Source: Entomortierella parvispora E1425
Lineage: Eukaryota > Fungi > Mortierellomycota
DNA length: 64,000 nucleotides
Assembly: GCA_020891255.1 (NCBI GenBank)
Contig: BQFW01000004.1
Coordinates: 2,837,439-2,901,438 of the forward strand
Reading direction: 5' to 3'
Position numbers and translations under genes: made by a program. Below, piece by piece: positions 1 through 9,661 of the stretch; positions within the stretch are counted from its first letter, which is position 1; each line of letters begins with the position of its first letter. The notes below the pieces were generated by a model. It did not search any database. It saw only the letters and a program-made list of their open reading frames with translations, and was not told the DNA's origin.

Positions 1-697
1 GAGAAGGCGAGTACGATCTAAAGCTATCGCTGTCGCTGGTGGATATGCTATTGTTGCGGCTGCCACTGGCTAGTAAGCTTGCAGAGGGACCCAGTTTGGG
101 CGAACCAAAGGCGTTGAAGCGCGGCTTTGTGATTCTAGTGAAGGTCGCCTTGGATCTGGTCGTTGTCGGTTGCTGATCCTCGGAAGGCGACGGCGAAGGC
201 TGAAGAATGCTGTTCTCCTGGAGGAAGGACAAGGCAGCCCTTTGCGCATCCGCACGGTCGAAACGACGGACAGAGGTAAAGTGCTGGCCTGGATCGGTCG
301 AGGGCTGGTTGTCGAGAAAGTCGTTGGAGGGTTCTGCAAGAAGTGCCGAAGCACGGAAGCGATCGAGACCACTGCCGTTTGTGCTGGTTTCCTTGTCAAT
401 GTCGTTGTTGTTATCGCTGACGATGCTGTCGCCCCTGTTGTGGTTATTCCCGCTAGTGCATGTCCAGGGTGTGGTATCCTGCATGGAAGGCCTTTGTATT
501 TGGGTCGGTGATAGCAGTGTGTTTGTCAGTAAAAACGAGGCCGGGGACTGAGCTGGAGGGGCTGTCCGAGTGAGGCGGGTGAAAGTCTTTGGCCTTGCAG
601 GCTTGTCGAGTGGAGAGAGTGAAGGGCCGAGGGGGTCGAGATGCAGGTTCCCCAAGGCATCGAGGACGCTGTAGGACGCCATGGGCGAGGCGAGCAT
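1..697 (-). CDS. Hypothetical Ser/Pro/Thr-rich protein, N-terminal part only (runs off the left edge)
   Basis: Manual translation from ATG at 697 gives MLASPMASYSVLDALGNLHLDPLGPSLSPLDKPARPKTF...SDSDSFRSYSPS with no stop to position 1. It is missing from the ORF track because it is open-ended. A CT-rich leader lies upstream at 720-900. No family recognised. Confidence 0.7.
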   Translation of the reverse strand, partial: MLASPMASYSVLDALGNLHLDPLGPSLSPLDKPARPKTFTRLTRTAPPAQSPASFLLTNTLLSPTQIQRPSMQDTTPWTCTSGNNHNRGDSIVSDNNNDIDKETSTNGSGLDRFRASALLAEPSNDFLDNQPSTDPGQHFTSVRRFDRADAQRAALSFLQENSILQPSPSPSEDQQPTTTRSKATFTRITKPRFNAFGSPKLGPSASLLASGSRNNSISTSDSDSFRSYSPS

Positions 698-774
698 CCA
701 GTGAGCGTTGCAAGATTGTGAATGAGAAAGTAAGGCGTGTGAAAGAGTGAAAGAAAGGGAGAGGAATGAGGATG

Positions 775-900
775 TGAAGAAAGAGGGAAAGAGGGAAAGA
801 GGGAAAGAGAGAGAGAGTGGAGAGAGTGGAGAGAGAGAGAGAGAGGAGAAAGAGTGTTGTCCTACAGAGTGAATGAGTGAGTGAATGACTGAATGAGTGG
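775..900. repeat. (GA)n / GAGT purine-rich microsatellite in the leader of the left-edge gene
   Basis: gagagagagtggagagagtggagagagagagagagg followed by gagtgaatgagtgagtgaatg, read directly. Confidence 0.8.
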
Positions 901-1828
901 AGAATGAGCAAAGGAATGGGATTGCGGAGAGAAGAGAGAAGGGTGTCTGTCATCTCCATCTTTTGATGTCTCTCATCCTTTTGGCGGGGGTGAGTGGGTG
1001 CAGCCAACCGACGGGGTTGTCTCGTTGTTTTCTTCCCCGGGTCTCTCCTTCCCTGGCTAGTGAATACATACTCCTTCCTAGTTCTCTGACAATTCTCCCC
1101 TATCTTCCATCGTTGCCGGGCAAGTGGGCATGGCATCACCACCTCATCCGTCGTTCTTGTATCGCACCTTTGATCCTCTCTCAGTCAGTCGTCTTTCCCT
1201 TGCAAACAAGCACTTTGCGCTCTGCCCAAGCATGGTTTTTGATCTCCGATCTATCTCTGTCTCGTCTCTCCACCGTTCCCTTTCTGATCCTGTCTGTCGT
1301 GCAAATGCAATGATGCGGGAATTATTACGATTTTTTTTATTTTTGGGTTGTGCGGTTGGACATTGAAAGGGCAGCTCTCTCTCTCTCTCCTTCGCCCTCC
1401 GTTTTGTTCATCACGCCCTCGGTGCAGGTTCATTCCGAATCCCAGCCCAGCAGTGCGTCTGCGTCCACGCCCATGCTCTGTCTGATCAGCGCCCTGTTGC
1501 TTTTGCAATCTTTCGTGTGCCATGACCGACGCCACACGGCCAGGAGGACGTTCCTTTTCGCTCTTCCCTTGCGCCCTGCCCAGTGATCCTGGCCATTCCG
1601 ATTTGTTGCAATAGGATCAGCAGGAAAAGACACTTTCAGAGCAAACTCATCGATCGATGTTTGCTCGAACCAAAAACATGAGATAAAATGAAGCACAGGT
1701 CACGTGCAGTTCGCGTTTCTTTTGAAGGCTTGACCCAGAACGCGATTTTTTTTTTTTTTTCATGGTGTGTTGTTTGCTTTCACTCTTCACCGCGGGAGGA
1801 TGCAGCCAGGACAGGACAGGAAGGACCA

Positions 1829-4024
1829 ATGCCCGTCTACCCGCCGTCGCAGTCGCTCGTCCCCTTGCTTCTCACCCAGGCAACATCAAGACGCCGCCAT
1901 CACAGACGTCATCATTACAGCCTGACCCTCGACGATCACCACTCGCATGTGCCGGAATCAGAGGCGCTCTCTCCTCACAGCCAGTCCGACAATGACAGCA
2001 AGGGTGCATCCGACAATGACAGCCAGGCATCCATGGAAGAAAGCAGCAGTGTCGATTCTGAATCAGATGAATCCGAATCTGATTCTTCCATCCTTTCGCT
2101 CACGCACCTCTCAGATGGTGAAGCTGTAAACAGTGATGCACCTTCTGTAGACCCTGTCGACCCTTCTTTTCTGGACCCTGCCGACCCTGAAGCTGCAGCA
2201 ACAAAAGAGAGCCTGGATGATCTTCGACAGGCTTCCAGTCAACGTTTGGCCCAGGCATGGAAGGATATTTTCGAGCGGTACGAGGGACGGGACGAAAACG
2301 AAGCGGACGATGAGATTGACCTGATGACGGGCGAGATTATCGTAGACCAAGGCTTCCTCCGAGATCAAGATAGAAAGCTCTTTGGGACCATGACGAGGCT
2401 TGGTCTAGCATTGAAAGGACCGCAGGAGGAAGAAAAGGAAAAGCTTCGGAGAGCGAGTCGAATGGCACGCCGTCGTTCAAAGGACAGAGAGCACAGCCAT
2501 TCTGGAGCTGGCGGATCTCATCAACATTCTCGGCATCATGGAGGTCACAACAACGGAATGTATCGCAAGGACAGCGGAGAGTCAGGTCAGATGTACGGCG
2601 GCGACGACTTTGACAATCTTTTATTTGCACCGAAAGACTCAAAGAAGGCATCGCCACCTCCCGCTACTTCCAAGCTTTTCGACGCTGAGAGTCTGAAGAT
2701 TTTTGAGGATCTTTCTAATGACGAAAGCAACCATCCTCAAAGCGACGAAAGCGACGATCCTCAAAGCGACGAAAGCGACCATCCTCAGAGCGACGAAAGC
2801 GACCATCCTCAGAGCGACGAAAGCGACCTCCCCCAAAGCGAAGAGAGTGATCTTCCCCAAAGCGAAGAGAGTGACCTTCCCCAAAGCGAAGAAAGCGACC
2901 TTCCCCAAAGCAGCGAGTGCGACTCAGAAGGCGAGGACGAGGTCAAAGACCAGTATGAGGAGAAAGATAAAGAGTTCTTACAAGTTTCTGGGCGACCAAC
3001 GGCCTTCGATACTCTTCCTTTCCAAAGAAGCAACTGGCAGAATGAGGACGCCGAGGGCCAGAGCCAGGACCAGTATGGAGAAGAAGAGGCATTACAGGAC
3101 TTTGGGCGGCCCACACTGTTTGATACTCTTCCCTTTCAGAGAGAGTCGTCGTTGTCGAGTGGCCATTCAGGACCATTGGAGGACAGGATGACCCTAATAA
3201 GCAGACGAAGATCAAAAATGATGCCTAGAACTGTCGCTTTGGCCGACTCACTGTTCTCCAAAAGTCCGTCCTCTTCGCTGGTCCGTTCATCGCCTCCTGT
3301 TCGTTCGTCGCCGCCTGTTCGTTCGTCGCTGTCAGTTCGTTCGTCGCTGCCAGTCCAAGTTTCTTCGCCTGGTCATTCTTCTTCTCCTGTCCGATCTTCT
3401 TTGCCTGTCCAATCTTCTTTGCCTGTCCATTCCTCTTTGCCAGCCCGATCTTCTTCGCCAGTCCGATCTTCTTCGCCAGTCCGATCTTGTTCGCCAGTCC
3501 GATCTCCTTCTCCTGCCCGATCTCCTTCTTCCGTCCAATCTTTCTTACCGTCCCCTCTGTTACCATCGGGCTCAACCTCTCCCCCACCGGAATGGTTTTC
3601 ACCTTCCAGATACATACCTGCAGCAACTGTATCAATCCGTCCATCAACAGCCACTGCAACCACAGTCTTGTCCAGCCAATTATTGACCAAGAGCGTCAAG
3701 CGGAAGCATCATGATATTGAGGAGGATACTGATATCTTGTTGACACCAAGAACCGCGCTGGCAAGGACGATCGATCTCTTGAGTCTGGAGTCACCTGGAC
3801 CTTATTCGAGTCGCGCCGCATTGCCTCCATTACCTTCGTTCTCTTCTTCTTCGCCACTTCCAGCTGCTTCATCTGCATCAGCCATACCACAAGAGGCGAT
3901 GATGGAGAGCCAAAAAGTTTTTTCTACAACGCCGGCAGTACCTCTACCACCTCCAACACCGCCGCCACCAAGTTGCGGTGGACCGGGCTTTTGCACCAAA
4001 GACTTTTGCTTCAGATGCATGTGA
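1829..4024 (+). CDS. SCM3: Scm3/HJURP-like CENP-A (CenH3) chaperone with internal tandem repeats and a C-terminal Cys motif
   Basis: Intronless ORF with likely ATG at 1829 (MPVYPPSQ). The segment LRQASSQRLAQAWKDIFERYEGRDENEADDEIDLMTGEIIVDQGFLR (~2213-2363) matches the Scm3 domain consensus (F/W..IF.KY...D.GDEIDL.TGEI..D.G.L). The C-terminal CGGPGFCTKDFCFRC resembles the Cys-rich tail of fungal Scm3 proteins. Confidence 0.8.
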   Translation: MPVYPPSQSLVPLLLTQATSRRRHHRRHHYSLTLDDHHSHVPESEALSPHSQSDNDSKGASDNDSQASMEESSSVDSESDESESDSSILSLTHLSDGEAVNSDAPSVDPVDPSFLDPADPEAAATKESLDDLRQASSQRLAQAWKDIFERYEGRDENEADDEIDLMTGEIIVDQGFLRDQDRKLFGTMTRLGLALKGPQEEEKEKLRRASRMARRRSKDREHSHSGAGGSHQHSRHHGGHNNGMYRKDSGESGQMYGGDDFDNLLFAPKDSKKASPPPATSKLFDAESLKIFEDLSNDESNHPQSDESDDPQSDESDHPQSDESDHPQSDESDLPQSEESDLPQSEESDLPQSEESDLPQSSECDSEGEDEVKDQYEEKDKEFLQVSGRPTAFDTLPFQRSNWQNEDAEGQSQDQYGEEEALQDFGRPTLFDTLPFQRESSLSSGHSGPLEDRMTLISRRRSKMMPRTVALADSLFSKSPSSSLVRSSPPVRSSPPVRSSLSVRSSLPVQVSSPGHSSSPVRSSLPVQSSLPVHSSLPARSSSPVRSSSPVRSCSPVRSPSPARSPSSVQSFLPSPLLPSGSTSPPPEWFSPSRYIPAATVSIRPSTATATTVLSSQLLTKSVKRKHHDIEEDTDILLTPRTALARTIDLLSLESPGPYSSRAALPPLPSFSSSSPLPAASSASAIPQEAMMESQKVFSTTPAVPLPPPTPPPPSCGGPGFCTKDFCFRCM
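2717..2908 (+). repeat. Coding 24-bp tandem repeat x8 (S-D/E-E-S-D-H/L-P-Q)
   Basis: Unit agcgacgaaagcgaccatcctcaa with variants; 8 copies counted in the translation. Confidence 0.95.
2948..3143 (+). repeat. Coding duplication with 120-bp period (DQY.E...LQ..GRPT.FDTLPFQR x2)
   Basis: gaccagtatg occurs at 2948 and 3068, and both copies end in FDTLPFQR. Confidence 0.9.
3281..3532 (+). repeat. Coding 18-bp tandem repeat x14 (V-R-S-S-S/L-P type)
   Basis: Unit gtccgatcttcttcgcca with variants, read directly. Confidence 0.9.
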
Positions 4025-4187
4025 ATATTTAATAAAACTTCGAGATTTTACAAAAAAAAAAGGACATGGTGGTTTGAGAAGAACAACAAAAAAAACATTA
4101 TTTATTTGATAATTTACAGTGCATTGCGGGAAAGAAAGAGTGGTGAGTTTTGATGATGGGTGCTGTGCAGCGTTGTGGAATGGGCAT

Positions 4188-7100
4188 TTAAGCGCGGGCC
4201 TGAGCCTTGGCAGCCATCTGGTTCAAGGCGGAACCGAACTTGAACCACTTGATCTGGTCCTCGTTGAAGGTGTGGTTGAGCTTGATGTCAATGGAAGAGC
4301 CATCCTCCTTCTTGACGTGGAGGTTCAGGGGGACACCCTCCTTGAAGGAGGTCAAACCCTGGATGGAGACCTTGTCGAAGGGAGCAATCTTGTCGTAATC
4401 GGCAGGGTTGGCGAAGGTCAAGGGCAAAAGACCCTGCTTCTTGCAGTTGGTCTCGTGGATACGGGCAAAGGACTTGGTGATGACAGCGGCACCTCCGAGG
4501 TGACGAACCTCCAAGGCAGCGTGCTCACGGGAAGATCCCTCACCGTAGTTCTCGTCACCGATAACGATCCAAGGAACGTTCTTGGCCTTGTAGTCACGGG
4601 CAACACCGGGAACGGTGTCGTACTGACCGGTCAACTGGTTCTTGACAGAGTTGACAGCGAGGTTCTCAGAGTTGAGGGCACCGATCAACATGTTGTTGGA
4701 GATGTTGTCCAAGTGACCACGGAACTTGAGCCAGGGACCAGCCATGGAGATGTGATCAGTTGTGCACTTGCCCTTGACCTTGATCAAGATGGGCATGTCG
4801 TTCATGTCCTTGCCATCCCACTTCTTGAAGGGCTCCAAAAGCTGAAGACGGTTGGAGGTAGGGGAAACCTTGACGGAGACATTGCCCTTCTCGGCGGGGG
4901 GAGCCTGGTAGGTCTCCTCACCGGGGTCGTAACCGCGGGGAGGGAGCTCGTTACCGTTGGGGTCAGAGAACTTGAAGGGCTTGCCATCGGCACCGATGAG
5001 GGTGTCCTTGGTGGGGTCGAAGGTCAAGTCACCAGCGAAGGTCATGGCAGTGACAATCTCGGGAGAGGCGACGAAGGCGTGGGTCTGGGGGTTGGCATCG
5101 TTACGTCCAGTGAAGTTACGGTTGTAGGAGGTAATGATGGAGTTCTTGGTGCCCTTGGGGACATCCTGACGATCCCACTGACCAATGCAGGGACCGCAAG
5201 CGTTGGCAAGAACGACACCACCGGCGGCGTTGAGGACCTCCATCTGACCGTCACGCTCAATGGTGGCGCGAATCTGCTCAGAGCCGGGGGTGATGGTGAA
5301 GATGGACTTGGTCTTCAAACCGTGGTCCAAAGCCTCCTTGGCAATGGAAGCAGAGCGGGACATATCCTCGTAGGAGGAGTTGGTGCAGGAACCGATCAAA
5401 CCGACCTCGAGCTTGGCGGGCCAGTCGTTGGCAATGACGGCCTCCTTGAACTTGCTCAGGGGAGTGGCAAGATCGGGGGTGAAGGGACCGTTGATGTGGG
5501 GCTCCAAGGTGTTGAGGTCAATCTCGATGACCTGATCGTAGTGGGCACCGGCATCGGCCTTCAAGTTGTGCTGGAAGGAATCAGCCCACTCGGCAATGTA
5601 GGGACGGGTGGTGGCCTTGAGGTAGTCCGACATGCGCGAGTTGTAGGGGAAGACAGAGGTGGTGGCACCAATCTCAGCACCCATGTTACAGATGGTGGCC
5701 ATACCAGTGCAGGACAAGGTGTCAACACCGGGTCCGAAGTACTCGACAATGGCACCGGTACCACCCTTAACGGTGAGGATACCAGCAACCTTCAAGATGA
5801 CATCCTTGGCAGAGGTCCAGCCGGACATCTTTCCGGTCAACTTGACACCGATGACCTTGGGGCACTTAAGCTCCCAGGGGATATCGGCCATGACATCGAC
5901 GGCATCAGCTCCACCGACACCGATGGCAACCATACCGAGACCACCGGCGTTGGGGGTGTGAGAGTCAGTTCCGATCATCAAACCTCCGGGGAAGGCGTAG
6001 TTCTCGAGAATGATCTGGTGAATAATACCGGAACCGGGTCTCCAGAAACCAAGACCGTACTTGGCGCAGGAGGAGGACAAGAAGTCGTAGACCTCCTTGT
6101 TGATGTCCTTGGCGCGGGACAAATCCTTAGCACCTCCGACCTGGGCCTCGATCAAATGGTCGCAGTGGACGGTGGAGGGAACAGCGACGTTGGGAAGACC
6201 AGCGGACATGAACTGGAGCAAAGCCATCTGTAAACACGCGTCATCACCATGGTCAACAAGGGAGCGAGAGAAAGACACAAGAAAAGAGGGGAGTAAGGTC
6301 AGCAATTGGACAGCAAATAGTCGTGTATCTGATCGGCCCTTTCCGCCCAGTCGTTCCAAAGAGTAAACAAACGGCGGCTTATTGTTGCGCCAGCAATCCC
6401 GACCGGTAGCAATCCAAACTCAGCCAGCCAGAAATACAAGAGAGCCCTTTCACGTTGATTTGCACGATTAGATAGTTTCTCGCGCCGCTGCCAGGCAGTC
6501 CTTGTCATTGTCTGGACTGATCCAGGCTGGATGCTGTTGGCGTTGATTGTCGTTTGTATCCTTCCGTTTGTTTTCCAGTCGATCAGCCATGATTTGAAAG
6601 GAAGAAAAGGGAAAAAAAAATCTTACCTGGGCAGTGGCATCCTGGCAAGCAACACGATCAGGGCGGAGCTTGAGGTAGGACTTTCCACGCTCAATGTCCT
6701 GGTTGTGGGCATCATCCAAATGACCGTAGACGATCTTCTCGGCAAGGGTCATGGGCTGGTTGAGTCTGTTGGCCACAAAGATAAAAATGATATCAAGGTC
6801 ATCATCACCAGGTCAGACCGACAACGGAAGAATCAGAGGCGTTGGTGGTTTGAGAATCAGTTTCGGGAAAAGTTTTTGTTTTGTTTATCGGAGGTGGGGT
6901 GAAGGGGGGAGGAAAAATTCGAGGGGTGAAGAGGGAGAGAGAATGGTTAGATGGGAACAGGAGACTGCCAGGCTTGCAAGTGCAGTCGAGCAGGGAAGGT
7001 GGGGGGGGGGGAGGAGTGGTTGATCCTCACCCACCCTCCTTCTTCTTTGCAGGCTATTGGAATGCATTCAGAACACGAAGTACTTGCCTCTTGCGGACGA

Positions 7101-7393
7101 TGGCAAGGTTATCCTCGATGCGCTGGTAGTTGATGTGCTGGTCCTTCTCAAAGTTGGACATCTGGACCTTGCGGGCAGCGCCAGAGCCAGTAGCCTGGGC
7201 AAAGGTGCGGATGGGAGCCTTGACGGCAGCAGCCTATTTTTCATGATGGGGAAGACGACTGTCAGAACAAGGAAGAACGGAGAGGATGCAAGGTTCACGC
7301 GAGAGGGCGTCCGGGACCTTGCTTTGTCAGATCCACCATGAAGAGGAAGTTTCTTACCTTCCAGGTGCGTGAGATAGCTCCGGAAGCGAACAT
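4188..7393 (-). CDS. ACO1: Mitochondrial aconitate hydratase, 4 exons (7358-7393, 7088-7233, 6627-6765, 4188-6227)
   Basis: Motifs include [60 protein letters not shown] and [10 protein letters not shown]. The N-terminus [26 protein letters not shown] looks like a matrix-targeting peptide. Exon phases join cleanly, and intron 2 has a GC donor. Confidence 0.97.
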
Positions 7394-7616
7394 TACGTGA
7401 ATATGAGAGGAGGAAGTGAAGAAGAAGAGTGGGTTGTTCTGATCTGGAGAGGGAGGCGATTGAGCAGGGACGAGATCAAGAAGAGTGAATCAGGCCACTG
7501 AAGAGGGGGGAGATGGAGGGAGGGATGGAGGGGAGAGTGGGGAGAGGTGAAGAAAGAGTGAAGAGAAGAGAAGAAGAGAGGAAGAAGAAGAAGAGGGCGG
7601 TTCGGAGCGAGCGACC

Positions 7617-7622
7617 TTTATA
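7617..7622 (-). promoter_or_regulatory. Candidate TATA box for aconitase
   Basis: TATAAA on the minus strand ~225 bp upstream of the ATG, followed by a pyrimidine-rich leader. Confidence 0.45.
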
Positions 7623-9661
7623 GAGTCCGAGACGGCGACGGGAGGATGACATCGATCCATGCAAGAAGGAGTGTCGTGTGTTTGTGTGTATGTCTGTATG
7701 GTCGCGGGAAGGAGAGGGCGACACTCAGACACACACAGTGGAGCACGGCCATTCAATCGCCGTAAACAAACAGTGACATATGAAATATGTACGGCAGTAT
7801 CATTCAGAGCATACCCCACTTCGGGCGTTCCTTTTCCGGACAGGCTGCCTCTGGAGGCGAGGCGAGGCGAGAGCTGCTGCTGCTGCAGCACGATTAAGAG
7901 TAGCAGCGCTCTGATTGACCGATGCAATCGTCGCTCTCCCCCTCGACGATCAACACAAAGAGAACATCTCCGAGCGACAAACCTCAGACAGAACCGAACG
8001 ACGGAGTTTCGTATGAAGCAAACTCAAACTCAAGATTTTTGCATGGCCCGTCAACATTTTTTCATGGCCCGTCACGTGATGCATTCTCGGCGCTCTCGCT
8101 CCTTTTGCAAACTGGCGCTTGCGTGCGTATGTGTGTTTGTGTTTGGTTTTGTGTTTGTTGGGAACGATAACCGCAATGTAGAAGGATCAACCACTCTGCA
8201 CTGTCCAAGAGGGGAAACAGCCCGAATGCGGGGAAGCGATACGCTCAAGGGTAATCCCCATCAGGAAACATTGCGTGTTCATCTGGTCTCGAAAGGGGCC
8301 GCGCGATGAATGCACAAAGGAATCTGTCCCTGATCAGACTTGGTCTGCGGGGGTTGTATTCACTCTGGAATTGAAACCCGCTCCACACCGCCTGTCCACT
8401 TTATCCAGGCCCTCTTCAGTCCTCTCCACTTGATCTTCCAGGCTGCGCTGCGGCATGTCCTTCCTACCCAAATCGCTTCTGGCGTGGTGTTCCTCCTTGG
8501 TAGGAGCAAAGAGTGCATTCATTGCACAAAACCCTGTCAATTGGATCTTGGAAACTCGCGCTGCAGATAGCACTGCAATCGCTTACAATCTTCATGTCTC
8601 TGTCCTGTCCCCCCTAGGATAGAGTTTTCCGAATCTCCGAAACTTTGCCCTGGCTTGCAAACTTCCGCCCCTGGATCAGCACGTTTTTTTTCCATTGATG
8701 TTTTTGTTACTTCATTTCGCACCTGTACACCTGTTGCTGTATAAATACGACGTTTTCGGGGCTCTCCAAGCCATTCCGCGCACGGCTGTCGTCCAAAGCT
8801 GCCTGAGATTGAACAGGTTGAGGCTTGTAGCTCTTTGAAGTCTGTGAATCTCTGTGAGGTCCATTCTTCAGTGTTGCACAGCACTTACCAGCCTCCGGCT
8901 ACGGAGCATCCACGTAGAATTCCCTCAATCCTCATCCCGCACTAGGAGCAAAAACAATGCATCACATGTCCGAAGGGCTTGGCTGAGCCCCTCCAACACA
9001 GTCGTAACAGAGGACATCAAGGCGCCACCCCTTGCAACATAAAGTAGAGTGTCCTCTGACCTGGGCATTCCAAAGGAACAATCACCTCCAAAGCACCCGG
9101 TCTCCCTCTGGATGAAAGTCAAGTGAAAAGAGGAGGAGGAATTCGTGAAGTGGTCCTCAGGTAACACACTGCTGGCTCGAGGCTGTTGCCGTGGAAAAAA
9201 GACCATCTTTTTTGGAACATTCACTAGGAAACGCAACAAAAAAAGTTGGAGCCTCTCTACTTTAGTCCTGACCCCATGGCTTCTTTGCAACGCAGAGGTG
9301 AACGACTCGATGTGTATCCATATAGAGGTTACGGGGTTCTATTGAGATAAAGATGAAATGAAAAATGATGTTGAAGTGGTCAATCGCATTGTTCTTTCTT
9401 CTCCATGGGTGAGCGGGGACCATCAGCTGCCCGTACCTGGCAATGGTCACTGTCCAACACGGGGCAGTAGCCTTTTTTTTTTGCCCATGGTAGATCATGT
9501 GACCGTTTGTGGAGATGGAGTTTGAGCAGCAAAGGGACCTTAACGCTCTTTACCTCTTTCTCTCCGACTTTCTCTTCTTTCTTTCAACAATCGTTCCTCC
9601 CCTTGTTCCTGTAACCGTTTCTCACTCCTTGTCTGTGCAACCACAAACAGAAAGAAAAATA

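Noticed and set aside
1688-1828. N-terminal extension of the Scm3 ORF, and similar upstream starts at 9509, 13131 and 36097
   Set aside because: The extensions cross T-rich leader-like sequence, and several begin at non-ATG codons. The downstream ATGs fit better.
4119-6233. 704-aa + strand ORF antisense to aconitase, and similar antisense ORFs at 17752-18648, 30957-32171, 39366-39824 and 42970-43845
   Set aside because: These are shadows of strongly codon-biased genes, where avoidance of TTA/CTA/TCA removes antisense stops. They are codon-aligned with the real gene and carry no motifs.
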